From Candidatus Marinacidobacterium sp. (GTDB lineage Bacteria > Acidobacteriota > Vicinamibacteria > Marinacidobacterales > Marinacidobacteraceae): a stretch of DNA of 64,000 nt. Made by a program: the position numbers and the translations under genes. The DNA is taken from assembly GCA_965204755.1 (NCBI GenBank), contig OZ242011.1, forward strand, positions 736,001-800,000, read 5' to 3'. Each line of letters opens with the position of its first letter. Position 1 is the first letter of the stretch. The notes below the pieces were generated by a model. The model was not told where the DNA came from, did not search any database, and saw only the letters and a list, made by a program, of their open reading frames with translations. Shown here in pieces: positions 46,036 to 56,653 of this stretch.

Positions 46036-47466
46036 TCAGGCGGGGACAGGAGACTCGCGCCGGCTTCCGAGCCGCCGCAGCAACCGGTGGCTGTAGATGC
46101 CGGTGTCGTGTCCGTCGCTCCAGAAGATCTGGATGCCGTAGTTCCCGACCGGAACCAGCCGCCGGGGAGCGAAGTCGGAAGGCAGGAGAAGGGTCAGGGA
46201 CTTGCGCTTCCCGCTCCACTCGTCCACGCAGGTGGCGCAGGGACAGTGGTTCCTCAGGTACTCGAAGTCGAGCCGGTCCTCGCGGCCGTCGCTCCAACGG
46301 ACCTCGACCGCGCCGCCGCGCACCTCGATGGACTCCGCGGTCCCTCCCTCGGTCCGCCCGTTCGCCTTGGCGACTTCCAGCGACACCCGGCGCGCGATCT
46401 CCCGGTAGGCGGCCGCAGTCGGGCTGCCCGGGTCGCGCGCGACCGTGGGCGTCCCCTCGTCGCCGGCGGCGACCACCTGCGGATCGAGGGGGAGTTCCCC
46501 GAGGAACGGCAACCCGAGGTCCGAAGCGACCTCGCGCCCGCCGCCGGAGGAGAACACCGCCGTGGTCTCGCCGCAATGCGGGCAGACCAGCGGGCACATG
46601 TTCTCGATCACGCCCAGCACCGGCACCGCGACCGGCTGGAACATCCGCAGCCCCTTCTCGGCGATGGTCCGCGCCACCACCTGCGGCGTGGTGACGATCA
46701 CCGCCCCGGCCAGCGCCGCGGTCTGGGCGATGGTGAGTTGGACATCCCCGGTGCCCGGCGGCAGGTCCACCAGCAGGTAGTCGAGTTCCCCCCAGACCAC
46801 GCCGCCCAGGAACTGCTGCACCAGCCGGGAGGCCATCGGCCCCCGCCAGATGACCGGCGTCTCCTTCGAGGAGAGCATCCCCATCGAAATGAGGCGCACG
46901 CCGTGGGCCTCCCGGGGCAGGAGCCGGCGGCGTTCGTCGGTCTCCGGCCGGGCGTCCACCCCCAGCATGGTGGTCTGCGACGGCCCGTACACATCGGCGT
47001 CGAGCAGCCCGACGCGCGCTCCGTCCTCGGCCAGGGCCACCGCCAGGTTCGCCGAGACGGTGCTCTTCCCCACCCCGCCCTTCCCGGAGGCCACCGCGAC
47101 CACATTCCGGACGCCGTCCGGCTTCGACGGGGGCGGAGGCGCCGGACGGCCGGCGGCCGCCGGGCCCCGGGCGGCCTCGGGAGCGTCCGGCGCCCGGGGG
47201 GCGGGCGACGCCGTCACCTCGGCGCGCACCGCCACCTCGGCGTGGGTGAACCCGCCCATCTCCAGCAGCGCCCGCTTCGCCCGCTCCCGGATCTCGGAAG
47301 CGGCCCGGCTGCCGATGTTCGGCAACACCACGGCGGCGCTGACCGCCGGAGCGCAGATGCGGATGTCCCGGACCTGTTCGAGTTCCACGATGTCCCGCCC
47401 CCCGAAGTCGGGGTTCCGGACGGCGGAAAGGGCCGAGAGGACTCGTTCGAGGTCGGACGGCGGCAT
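46036..47466 (-). CDS. mrp: Mrp/NBP35 Fe-S carrier ATPase with N-terminal DUF59 and C-terminal DUF971-like domains
   Basis: VRNPDF...DIVEL; GKGGVGKST, DADVYGPS, DLPPGTGD, CPHC; WSDG...LRNHCPCATC...VGNYG...WSDGHDTGIY. Confidence 0.92.
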   Translation of the reverse strand: MPPSDLERVLSALSAVRNPDFGGRDIVELEQVRDIRICAPAVSAAVVLPNIGSRAASEIRERAKRALLEMGGFTHAEVAVRAEVTASPAPRAPDAPEAARGPAAAGRPAPPPPSKPDGVRNVVAVASGKGGVGKSTVSANLAVALAEDGARVGLLDADVYGPSQTTMLGVDARPETDERRRLLPREAHGVRLISMGMLSSKETPVIWRGPMASRLVQQFLGGVVWGELDYLLVDLPPGTGDVQLTIAQTAALAGAVIVTTPQVVARTIAEKGLRMFQPVAVPVLGVIENMCPLVCPHCGETTAVFSSGGGREVASDLGLPFLGELPLDPQVVAAGDEGTPTVARDPGSPTAAAYREIARRVSLEVAKANGRTEGGTAESIEVRGGAVEVRWSDGREDRLDFEYLRNHCPCATCVDEWSGKRKSLTLLLPSDFAPRRLVPVGNYGIQIFWSDGHDTGIYSHRLLRRLGSRRESPVPA

Positions 47467-47598
47467 GTGGGGAGGGGGAGGGCCGCCGGCGGGCGGGCGG
47501 CGGGGGGTTTCCGCGCCCGGTTTCGGCGGGGCGGCAACCGATTAGGATACTCCGCCGACGGTCCGACGATGCGCGCCCGTTGCGGAAAGGAGCCCTCC

Positions 47599-49989
47599 AT
47601 GAACCTCGCCCGACTGGCTGTCCGCCGGACGGCGGCGGCCTTCGCGGCCGGCGGCCGCGGCGCCGCCATCGCCGCCGCGCTCGCCGCCGGACTCTTCCTG
47701 CCGGTCCCGCCCGCGGACGCCGAAGCCCCGCCCGCGGCGCAGGAGAGCCGGCCCGCGCAGGAAGGCGAAGCGGAAGAGAGCCAGGAGGCCGAGGCCGAAG
47801 AGGAGGCGACGGGAGTGGAGCCGCTCCGTTACTCGGAGACCGTGGTGGTCTCCGCTTCGCGCATCGAGCAGGAGATCGTGAACGCTCCGGCGGCGATCAC
47901 CGTGATCGACACGGAACAGATCGAGGGCCAGGCGTCGAGCAACTTCGTGGACCTGATCCGGCAGGCGCCGGGCGTGAATGTGACGCAGTTGTCGAATCGC
48001 GACTTCAATGTGACCAGCCGGGCCGCGAGCGGCACCCTCGCCACTTCGCAACTCGTGCTCGTGGACGGCCGCTCGGTCTATCAGGACTTCTTCGGCTTCG
48101 TGGCCTGGGACCTGATCTCGGTGGGCCTCGAGGATCTCGAGCGGGTCGAAGTGGTCAACGGCCCGGCGTCCGCCGTCTGGGGGGCGAACGCCATGAGCGG
48201 CGTGGTGAACCTGATCACGCGCTCGCCCCGCGACAGCCAGGGAACGACCCTCGACCTGCGGTTCGGGGCCTTCGACCGCAGTGTCCCCGGTCGGGAGCAG
48301 GAGGCCGGGACACTCCTGTCCGGCACGCTCACCCATGCGCGGGCGGTGTCCGACACCCTCGCCTACCGGGTGAGCGCCGCCTTCACCCAGCAGGACGCGT
48401 TCGCCCGCCCCGCGGGCGAGATCCCGAACGGCACCGGCACGCTCTATCCGCCGGTGCCCGGACTGGACTCGCGGCTCCCCAAACTGGATGTCCGGGTGGA
48501 TTGGGACGCTCCCGACCGGTCGAGCGGCCTCCGGGTTTCCGGCGGTTACGCCGGCACGCAGGGCGCGCTGCACAGCGGACTCGGCCCGATGGAAGTGCAG
48601 CCCGGCACCTGGATGGGTTACGGACGGGTGCAGTACCTGAGGGACTCGATCGAAATCGGCGCCTTCATGAACACGACCCGCGCGAACTTCGACCTCCTCC
48701 TCGTCCAGTCCCCTTCCGGAGAGGAAATCCGGTCGCACCTGGTCTCGAACACCTACGACCTGAGTTTCAAGGACACGCGTTTCCTCGGAGGCCGGCACAT
48801 CCTGAGTTACGGCGCCAACGCCCGTTTCGTCACGATGGACATGGGCATCGCGCCGCTCGGCGACAGCCGCAACGAGCAGGGGATCTACCTCAACGACGAG
48901 ATCTTCTTCGGCGACCGGGTGCGCTGGATCGTGGGCGCGCGCGCCGACCGGATCAGCACCACCGACCGGGTCATCCTGTCGCCCCGCACGACCCTGATCG
49001 TCAAGCCGAACACCGACCACTCGCTGCGGTTCTCCTTCGGCCGCGCTTTCCGGGCGCCCTCGCTCGCCAACAACTACCTCGGCGTGGACATCTCGTCGCC
49101 GGCGGAATTCGACCTGCGCCCGGCCTTCCGGAGTTTCATCCCGTGGCTGGAGATCCCGGACTCCGCGCTGCCCGCCCCGGTGAACTACCGGGTGCCGTTC
49201 GTCGCGCGCGGCTCCCTCGACCTCGTCTCGGAGACCCTCACGAACTGGGAGGTCGGCTGGTCGGGGGCGATCACGGACCAACTCGGCGGGTCGGCGGCGT
49301 TCTACCTGAGCGATACCCGCAATGTCATCGACTTCACCGACACCGAGTTCTGGTCCGCGGCGAACGCGCCGCCGGGCTGGAACGAGGCGTTCGCCGATAC
49401 GCAGGCGTTCGTCGCGCGGCTGGTGAACGCCCTGCCTCCGGGCTCGTTCCCCGCCTCGGTGGAAGCGGTGGGCCGGGACGCCGGCGCCCTCGTGGACCTG
49501 CTCGGGGCGCTCGCCGATGTGCGGCTGCCGTCCGTGTTCACCTATGTGAACCGCGATTCCATCCGGAACCGCGGCGTCGAACTCGGACTCCAGGCGGCGT
49601 TTACACCGGAGGTACAGGGATATGTCAACTACAGTTGGCAGGACGATCCGGTCGTCGAGGGGTATTCGGAGGAGGAACTCGGGGAGGTGAGCCTCCCGGC
49701 GAAGCACCGGCTGAACGCCGGGCTGAACGCCCGCATCGGCGCGGCGAGCCTCGGCGTCACCGCCAACTACCAGGCCCGCGCGCGCTGGACCGATGTGCTC
49801 ACCGCGGACTACCACGGCTGGACCGAGCCCTTCACCATGGTGAACGCCAGTCTGGGGATCGAGTTGCTCGAAGGGCGGCTCCGCCCCGGCGTGCGGGTCG
49901 TCAACCTGCTGAACCAGGAGATCCAGCAGCACATCTTCGGCGATGTGCTGAAGCGCCAACTCATCGGCCAAGTCCGGTTCTCGTTCTGA
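47599..49989 (+). CDS. TonB-dependent receptor
   Basis: Signal peptide, ETVVVSASR, LVLVDGR, ERVEVVNGPASAVWGANAMSGVVNLIT, C-terminal Phe; AAGGAG RBS before ATG 47599. Confidence 0.93.
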   Translation: MNLARLAVRRTAAAFAAGGRGAAIAAALAAGLFLPVPPADAEAPPAAQESRPAQEGEAEESQEAEAEEEATGVEPLRYSETVVVSASRIEQEIVNAPAAITVIDTEQIEGQASSNFVDLIRQAPGVNVTQLSNRDFNVTSRAASGTLATSQLVLVDGRSVYQDFFGFVAWDLISVGLEDLERVEVVNGPASAVWGANAMSGVVNLITRSPRDSQGTTLDLRFGAFDRSVPGREQEAGTLLSGTLTHARAVSDTLAYRVSAAFTQQDAFARPAGEIPNGTGTLYPPVPGLDSRLPKLDVRVDWDAPDRSSGLRVSGGYAGTQGALHSGLGPMEVQPGTWMGYGRVQYLRDSIEIGAFMNTTRANFDLLLVQSPSGEEIRSHLVSNTYDLSFKDTRFLGGRHILSYGANARFVTMDMGIAPLGDSRNEQGIYLNDEIFFGDRVRWIVGARADRISTTDRVILSPRTTLIVKPNTDHSLRFSFGRAFRAPSLANNYLGVDISSPAEFDLRPAFRSFIPWLEIPDSALPAPVNYRVPFVARGSLDLVSETLTNWEVGWSGAITDQLGGSAAFYLSDTRNVIDFTDTEFWSAANAPPGWNEAFADTQAFVARLVNALPPGSFPASVEAVGRDAGALVDLLGALADVRLPSVFTYVNRDSIRNRGVELGLQAAFTPEVQGYVNYSWQDDPVVEGYSEEELGEVSLPAKHRLNAGLNARIGAASLGVTANYQARARWTDVLTADYHGWTEPFTMVNASLGIELLEGRLRPGVRVVNLLNQEIQQHIFGDVLKRQLIGQVRFSF

Positions 49990-50083
49990 CGCCCGCTCGG
50001 CGTCGGACCGTGATCGGCGTCGAACCCGTGGTCGGCGTCGGACGACGCCCGCCGCGCGGGGGCGCCGGCGCGGCGGGCCCGGT

Positions 50084-52171
50084 TTACGAGGTCTTCAGGT
50101 AGCGGTCGAACCAGTCCAGGTAGCGCTCGTAGCGGTCCTGCTGGAAGGACGGGAGGCGGATCCCGTGGCCCTGCCCCGGATAGATGACGAGGCGGGTGGG
50201 GACGCCCAGGCGCCGCAGGCTCTGGTAGAGGTTCTCGGACTGGCTGAGCGGCACATTCCAGTCCTTTTCGCCGCAGAGCACCAGCGTCGGCGTCTTCACG
50301 CGGTCCACCCGGGAAATGGGTGAGAGGCGGTCGTAGAGGTCGAAGTTCTCCCAAGGCAGACCGAGTTCGAGTTCCCACTGCAACTGGTAGTGGTCGTTGC
50401 CGTAGGCGGCCCGGTAGTCGGTCTCGCTCGAGCCGCTCACCGCGGCGGCGAACCTGGTGGTCTTGGTGATCACATAGTTGGTGAGGATTCCCCCGTAACT
50501 CCAGCCGCCGACGCCGAGGCGCTCCGGGTCGGCGTAGCCGAGTTCGATCACCCGGTCCACCGCCGCGTTCACATCCTCGTAGTCGAGGTTGCCCCAGTCC
50601 GCCCAGATCGCCCGGGAGAACTCCTCGCCCCGGCCCGAGGAACCGCGCGGATTCGCCGCGACCACGACATAGCCGTTCGCCGCGAACACCTGCCAGAGCG
50701 GCTGGAACGCCGTCGAGAACTGGGCCACCGGCCCCCCGTGGATCCACAGGATCGTCGGGTACCGCTTCCCTTCCTCGTACCCGGTCGGGAGCGTCACGAA
50801 CCCCTGCACCTCGGTCCCGTCGGAACTGGCGAAGGTGATCCGCTCCACCGGCGCGAGCGCGACCCCGGCGAGCCCGGGCTCGTTCACCCGGGTCAACTTC
50901 CGCACTTCCCCGCCCCGTTCCCAGGCGACGACCTCCGCCGGACTCGTCGGGTCGGCGGACACGGCGACGCGCCTCCCGGCGGCGGCGGACAGCCCGCGAA
51001 GGTCGCGTTCGCCGGCGACGACGCGTTCGGGCACGGCGTCCGGAGCGATCCCGATGGAGGCCGCGTGCCGATTCCCCGCGTCCTCGAGCAGGGCGAGCAC
51101 GGCGGAGGAGTCCGCGGTGAAGTTCGGGTCGGAGAGGTTTCGGTCGAGCGACGCCGCCAGGTGGATCACCTCGTCGGTATTCCGGTCGAGGGCGAACAGG
51201 TGGTCGGTGGCGTACCAGATGAGTTCCGGCTTGCGATTCCCGAGGTGCGCGATCCATCTTCCGTCCGGACTGAACACCGGCGACCGGTCCGGCCCCGGGT
51301 TGTTCGTGAGCCGGAGCGGCTCGACCGCGGGGTCCGCGTCGCGGGGAATCAGGAACAGGTCCGAGTTGCCGGAGGCGTCGGCGTCCCCGCCGCCCGGAGG
51401 CCGCACGCTCGAGAACACGATCTCGGACGAATCCGGCGAAAACACCGGTGAACCGTCGTCGTACGGGCCGGAGGTGACTTGCCGGTGTTCGCCGGACGCG
51501 GCGTCCACCAGGTAGATGTGCCGGCGCCTCTCGCCCAGGTACCCCTGCCCGTCCCGCTTGAACTGCCGCCGGTCCACCACCAGCGGCTTGGGTTTCGATT
51601 CCTCTCCCGGGGCGGCGGCGTCCGGGTCGGGATCCATGGAGACCGCGGCGAAGGCCGTCCCGTCCGGCGCCCAGGCGAACGAAGAGACGCCGGCGGGCAG
51701 CGCGGTCAGCGCTTCGGCTTCGCCGCCGCCGAGCGGCATCGTCCAGATCTGCGACCGGTCGTCCTCGTCCGCGGCGAGGAACGCCAGCCGCGATCCGTCG
51801 GGGCTGAACCGGGGGTGGGACGCCGACCGGCCGGCGCCGGTGAGCGCCCAGGAGTCCCCGCCGGCGAACGGAACCGCGTGGAGCCGGCTGGAACCCTCGT
51901 CGTCCTCGAGCGATATCCGCGACACCGCATAGACGACCAGTTCGCCGTCGGGAGAGAGTCGAGGGTCGGACACGCGGGCGATCCCGAGCGCGTCCTCGAT
52001 CGTGAACGCGCGCCCGGAGGCCTGGCCGGATGCCGGCCCCGACTCCGCGCCCGGCGCCGCGCCGGACGCGCCGCCCGGCAGGACCCGAGCCGCCGCCGAA
52101 ACGGGGAGGACGAGCAGCGCCGCGCCGGCCGCCGACCGGAGGGTGAAACGAAGGAAAGGGATCGCGGTCAT
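50084..52171 (-). CDS. S9-family peptidase (PD40 propeller plus acylaminoacyl-peptidase domain)
   Basis: SPDG repeats, IHGGP, GWSYGG, GEKDWNV, YPGQGH. Confidence 0.93.
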   Translation of the reverse strand: MTAIPFLRFTLRSAAGAALLVLPVSAAARVLPGGASGAAPGAESGPASGQASGRAFTIEDALGIARVSDPRLSPDGELVVYAVSRISLEDDEGSSRLHAVPFAGGDSWALTGAGRSASHPRFSPDGSRLAFLAADEDDRSQIWTMPLGGGEAEALTALPAGVSSFAWAPDGTAFAAVSMDPDPDAAAPGEESKPKPLVVDRRQFKRDGQGYLGERRRHIYLVDAASGEHRQVTSGPYDDGSPVFSPDSSEIVFSSVRPPGGGDADASGNSDLFLIPRDADPAVEPLRLTNNPGPDRSPVFSPDGRWIAHLGNRKPELIWYATDHLFALDRNTDEVIHLAASLDRNLSDPNFTADSSAVLALLEDAGNRHAASIGIAPDAVPERVVAGERDLRGLSAAAGRRVAVSADPTSPAEVVAWERGGEVRKLTRVNEPGLAGVALAPVERITFASSDGTEVQGFVTLPTGYEEGKRYPTILWIHGGPVAQFSTAFQPLWQVFAANGYVVVAANPRGSSGRGEEFSRAIWADWGNLDYEDVNAAVDRVIELGYADPERLGVGGWSYGGILTNYVITKTTRFAAAVSGSSETDYRAAYGNDHYQLQWELELGLPWENFDLYDRLSPISRVDRVKTPTLVLCGEKDWNVPLSQSENLYQSLRRLGVPTRLVIYPGQGHGIRLPSFQQDRYERYLDWFDRYLKTS

Positions 52172-52256
52172 GGGAAACCCCCGGAAAGGACTTCGCGCGG
52201 GACGCCCGAAGGAAGGACCGACGAACGCCTCCGCGCGGACGGAGACGGCGGAACGA

Positions 52257-53297
52257 TCAGCGGTAGGTCGCGATGACCTGCTCGAGCGTCTCCGGCGGCG
52301 GCCGCAGCGCGCCGGCGTCCAGGGAGGCGAGCGGCGAGCCCACCATCTCCAGGGTGTCGAGCAGGGTGCGCTTTTCCGGCTCCAGGTAGATGAGCCCGGT
52401 GAGGAACAGCGCGTTCTCGTCCGAGTCGAGGAGCAGTTCGCGGGCGGCGCGCCGGTTCGTCGGGTCGTAGTCCCGCTCCAGTTTGCGGAGACGGACGAAG
52501 GAGCCGTCGTGCAACTGCACTTCGCGCGTCTCCCCCTCTTCGTACTCCACTTCGATCTGCTCGAAGTGGGGCACGAAGTCCACCATGTGGATCGGCTCCC
52601 GGTGGTCGCGTCCCCAACTGTAACTCTTGGTCGAACCGGTGTGGTTGTTGAAGGTCACGCAGGGGCTGAGGATGTCGATGACCGCGGTGCCGCCGTGGGC
52701 GAGCGCCCCGCGCAGCAGGGCGACCAGTTGTTTCGGGTCCCCGGCGAAGGAACGCGCCACATAGGTCGCGCCCAACTCGACCGCCATGCCGCAGAGGTCG
52801 ATGTTCGGCAGCCGGTTCACTTCGCCGGAACGGAGCACCGCGTTCTCGTCGGCGGTGGCGGAGAACTGCCCCTTGGTGAGGCCGTACACCCCGTTGTTCT
52901 CGACGATGTAGATCAGCGGCAGGTTGCGGCGGACCAGGTGCACGAACTGCCCGATCCCGATCGAGGCGGTGTCCCCGTCGCCGGAGACGCCCACCGCGAC
53001 CAGGTCCCGGTTGGCCAGCACCGCGCCGGTGGCCACCGAGGGCATCCGCCCGTGGACGGCGTTGAAGCCGTGGCTCCGGTCGAGGAAGTAGGCCGGGGTC
53101 TTCGAGGAACAGCCGATCCCCGACAACTTCGCCACCCGGTACGGCCGCACATCGGACTCGAAGAACGCCCGGATCAGTTGCGAGGAGATCGCGTCGTGCC
53201 CGCACCCCTTGCAGAGGGTCGAAGGCTTGCCGCGGTAGTCGCCGTGCGTGAGGCCGACGCGGTTTTCCTTGTGCCGGGATGCTGACGGGGTGGCCAT
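52257..53297 (-). CDS. korB: 2-oxoacid:ferredoxin oxidoreductase, beta subunit
   Basis: LCKGCGH, SGIGCSS, HGR, GDGD...NNGVYGLTKGQ, SPCVTFN. Confidence 0.93.
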   Translation of the reverse strand: MATPSASRHKENRVGLTHGDYRGKPSTLCKGCGHDAISSQLIRAFFESDVRPYRVAKLSGIGCSSKTPAYFLDRSHGFNAVHGRMPSVATGAVLANRDLVAVGVSGDGDTASIGIGQFVHLVRRNLPLIYIVENNGVYGLTKGQFSATADENAVLRSGEVNRLPNIDLCGMAVELGATYVARSFAGDPKQLVALLRGALAHGGTAVIDILSPCVTFNNHTGSTKSYSWGRDHREPIHMVDFVPHFEQIEVEYEEGETREVQLHDGSFVRLRKLERDYDPTNRRAARELLLDSDENALFLTGLIYLEPEKRTLLDTLEMVGSPLASLDAGALRPPPETLEQVIATYR

Positions 53298-53396
53298 GGG
53301 GGGAGGGGGCTCGGTTACTGCGCGAGGGTAGGGAGAGAAGCGGGGAGGGGACGCGGGGTCAGGGATTCTGACGCGGACGCCGCGCCGACAGGCGCG

Positions 53397-53450
53397 TCGG
53401 GAAGCGCATCGGGAAGCGCATCGGGGAGCGAATCGGGGAGCGAATCGGGG
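53397..53450. repeat. 12-bp tandem repeat, 4.5 copies
   Basis: TCGGG(A/G)AGCG(C/A)A units between korA and korB. Confidence 0.85.
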
Positions 53451-53456
53451 CGCCGG

Positions 53457-55331
53457 TCACCGCGCGTCTCCCGGAAAAGCGTCCGCGAGCGCGTCGGCGA
53501 CCGTCTTCGCGTCGAGCGGCTGCCCGCTGTAGTGCCGCAGGCTCCTCACCACGCCCTCCGGGATGCGGTCGCCGTACTCGGCTCGAATCATCTGCAGCAG
53601 TTGGCCGTCCCGGTTCTGGTCGAGCACCAGGACGCGCCGCCGCCGGGTGATGAAGTCGAGCACGGAAGGGGCGAACGGCAGCGCCCGGAGGCGGAGGTAG
53701 TCCACTTCGATCCCGGCGTCCGCCCGGAGGAACGCCCGGGCCTCCTCGATCGCCGGATCGGAGGAGCCGAAGCCGATGATCCCGAGGGCGTTCGGCGGGC
53801 TCGGCGCCTCCGGCTCGTCCACCGCCGGCGGGGGCGCGAGATCCCGGGCGGTTTCCATCTTGCGGTTCAGCCGGTCCATGATGCGGACATAGGCCTCGGC
53901 GCTCTCGGTGTACTCGGCGTTCTCGTCGTGCCCGCTCCCCCGGGTGAAGTACGCCGCCGCCGGGTGTTCGGTGCCGGGCAGCGTCCGGTAGGGAATCGCG
54001 TCCCCGTCCACATCGCCGTACCGCTGGAAGGAGCCGAGCCGCTCGAGGTCCTCTTTCGACAGCACCTTGCCCCGGTCCATCGGGCGGTCGGGATAGGCGA
54101 ACGGGTCGGTCGCCCAGATGTTCATTCCCAGGTCGAGGTCGGAGAGGACGAACACCGGCGTCTGCAGCCGCTCCGCCAGGTCGAAACCCCGCCAGCCGAA
54201 CTCGAAGCACTCCGCCACCGACGCAGGAAGCAGGCAGACATGCTGCGTGTCACCGTGGGACAGGGTGTGGACGAACTGCAGGTCCCCCTGCGCGGTCCGG
54301 GTGGGGAGCCCGGTGGAGGGCCCCACCCGTTGGATGTCCCAGATGACCACCGGGATCTCCGCGTAGTAGCCGAGACCGACGAACTCCGACATGAGCGAGA
54401 TGCCGGGCCCCGAAGTGGCGGTCATCGCGCGCGCCCCCGCCCAGCCGGCGCCGAGGGCCATGCCGACCGCGGCCAACTCGTCCTCGGCCTGCACCACCGC
54501 GAAAGTCGCCTTGCCCTCCTCGTCGCGCCGGTGTTTCTCCAAGAAACCGCTCAACTGCTCGACCACGCTCGAAGAAGGCGTGATCGGGTACCAAGTGGCC
54601 ACCGAGACGCCGCCGAACATGCAGCCGAGCGCCGCCGCCGCGTTCCCGTCGATGAGGATCTTGCCCCGGTTCGCGTCCATGCGGCTCACCGAGTAGGCGT
54701 CGCGCTTTTCGAGGTGCTCCCTCGCGTACTCGGCGCCGGTGTCCACCGCCCGCACATTCAGGCCCACCGCCGTCTTCTTGCCCTTGAACTGGGTCTCGAT
54801 GGCGCCCCGGATCTCCTCGATCTCGACGGAGAGCAGTTCGGCGACCACGCCCACATAGATCATGTTGGCGAGCAACTTCCGCAGGCGGACTTCGTTCGCC
54901 ACCCGGGCGGCGAGTTCCTGGAACGGGACCGGGTAGAAGACCAGGTCGTCCCGCAGGCGCTCGAGTTTCAGCGAGGCCTCGTAGAGGACCGCCTTTCCCG
55001 GGGTGAGCGCCGCCACATCGCGCTCCGCCGTCTGCGGGTTCAGCGCCACGAGGAAGTCCACCTCGCGCTTCCGGGCGACCCACCCGTCGCGGTTCGCCCG
55101 GATGGTGAACCAGGTCGGCAGCCCCGCGATGTTCGACGGGAAGAGGTTCTTGCCGCCGACCGGAATCCCCATCCGGAACAGCGACCGCAGGAGGACCAGG
55201 TTCGAAGACTGGCTCCCCGAACCGTTGACGGTCGCGACCTGGATGGTCAGGTCGTTGACGATCGGACCGCGGTCCGGTCTTTCGTCCGGCGCCCCGGTCA
55301 GCGGCTCGGCGACGGCCGCTTGTTCTGCCAT
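53457..55331 (-). CDS. korA: 2-oxoacid:acceptor oxidoreductase, alpha subunit
   Basis: NGSGSQS, WYPITPSS, QAEDELAA, ATSGPG, QRVGPSTGLPT. Confidence 0.93.
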   Translation of the reverse strand: MAEQAAVAEPLTGAPDERPDRGPIVNDLTIQVATVNGSGSQSSNLVLLRSLFRMGIPVGGKNLFPSNIAGLPTWFTIRANRDGWVARKREVDFLVALNPQTAERDVAALTPGKAVLYEASLKLERLRDDLVFYPVPFQELAARVANEVRLRKLLANMIYVGVVAELLSVEIEEIRGAIETQFKGKKTAVGLNVRAVDTGAEYAREHLEKRDAYSVSRMDANRGKILIDGNAAAALGCMFGGVSVATWYPITPSSSVVEQLSGFLEKHRRDEEGKATFAVVQAEDELAAVGMALGAGWAGARAMTATSGPGISLMSEFVGLGYYAEIPVVIWDIQRVGPSTGLPTRTAQGDLQFVHTLSHGDTQHVCLLPASVAECFEFGWRGFDLAERLQTPVFVLSDLDLGMNIWATDPFAYPDRPMDRGKVLSKEDLERLGSFQRYGDVDGDAIPYRTLPGTEHPAAAYFTRGSGHDENAEYTESAEAYVRIMDRLNRKMETARDLAPPPAVDEPEAPSPPNALGIIGFGSSDPAIEEARAFLRADAGIEVDYLRLRALPFAPSVLDFITRRRRVLVLDQNRDGQLLQMIRAEYGDRIPEGVVRSLRHYSGQPLDAKTVADALADAFPGDAR

Positions 55332-55704
55332 GCGTATTCTTGTCCGGCGCCCTCGGCGCGGGAGGCCTCTCGCGGCGGGCGGATGCCGCCGGCGGCCAAA
55401 CGGCCCGGCAGCGGGTGGAAAAAGGGTCGGGGGCGAGGGAATTCGCGGCGCCCGGAGAGGGGCCGCCCCCCGGCCGGCGCGAAACCCGGAAGTCCCCGTC
55501 GGGGAACCGACTCCCGGAACGCGCCGGCGAACGGGCGCGGATTGTACCGATAAGGAACCGCCGCAAAACGCCGAAAACCGGGGATTTCGGAGGTCGTCCT
55601 CCCTCGCCGGGCGCCCTGCCTGTCTAGACTCCCCTGCCCCCGCCCCGCCCGCCGAGCGCCGCCGGCGGCCCCGGGGCCGCCGGGAATTCGACGAGACCCC
55701 GACG

Positions 55705-56559
55705 ATGCGACCGACCTGGCAAGGGAGCCTGAAACTGGCGCTGGTGCTGGTGCCGGTCAAGGCCTACCCGGCGGCCCGGCTCAAGCCGGTGTCCATGAAC
55801 CAGTTGCACCAGGAGTGCGGCTCGCGCATCCGGCAGGCCCGGCGCTGCCCCACCTGCGACCGGGATGTGGAGAAGGACGAGATCGCCCGCGGCTACGAGT
55901 TCACCAAGGACCGGTATGTGATCCTCGAAGAGGAGGACCTGAAGGCCCTTCAACTCCCCTCGCTGCGGACGCTGGAGATCGTGCAGTTCGTGGAGGAGAG
56001 CGAGATCAACCCGCTCTACTACCACGGCTCCTACTACCTCGCCCCCGGGGGCGAAGTCGCCGCCGGCCCGTTCCACACCATCCTCGAGGCGATGCGCGCC
56101 TCCGGCCGGGTGGCGCTCGCGCAGGTGGTGCTGGGCGGCAAGGAGAAGGTGGTCGCCATCCGCCCCGGCGACGGGGTGTTCGTGATGTCCTTCCTCCACT
56201 ACGAGGACGAGGTGAGGCAGGTCTCCGAGATCGAGCAGTTGCCGTCGGCGGTGGCGCCGAGCCCGGCGGAGACGGCGATGGCGAAGCAACTCCTCGAGTC
56301 CTACGCCAAACCCTTCGACGCCGGCGCGTTCGAGGACACCTACCGCAAGAAGTTCCTGGAGATCGTGGCGGCCAAGCAGAAGGGGGAGGAGGTGGTGGCC
56401 GCGCCCAGCGTCGAGCCGCAGCGGGTGGTGAACCTGATGGACGCGCTGAAGTCCAGCCTCGCCCGGATCGAGTCCGAGCGACTCGGCGGCGAGACCGCGC
56501 CGGACAGCGGCCCCGGCGACGCCGAAGCGGCGCCCGAGGCCAAGCGGCTCGCCGGCTGA
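55705..56559 (+). CDS. ku: NHEJ DNA end-binding protein Ku
   Basis: MRPTWQGSLKLALVLVPV, RGYEF, YYLAP, FEDTYR, VVNLMDALKSS. Confidence 0.95.
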   Translation: MRPTWQGSLKLALVLVPVKAYPAARLKPVSMNQLHQECGSRIRQARRCPTCDRDVEKDEIARGYEFTKDRYVILEEEDLKALQLPSLRTLEIVQFVEESEINPLYYHGSYYLAPGGEVAAGPFHTILEAMRASGRVALAQVVLGGKEKVVAIRPGDGVFVMSFLHYEDEVRQVSEIEQLPSAVAPSPAETAMAKQLLESYAKPFDAGAFEDTYRKKFLEIVAAKQKGEEVVAAPSVEPQRVVNLMDALKSSLARIESERLGGETAPDSGPGDAEAAPEAKRLAG

Positions 56560-56653
56560 CCCTTCCTCCGGAGGCCGCCCCTCGGCGGGCGCACGGGGCC
56601 CCGCCCCTCCGGCGGCGTTCCCCGCCGACTGGCTGGCCGAGGGCCTCCGCCCG

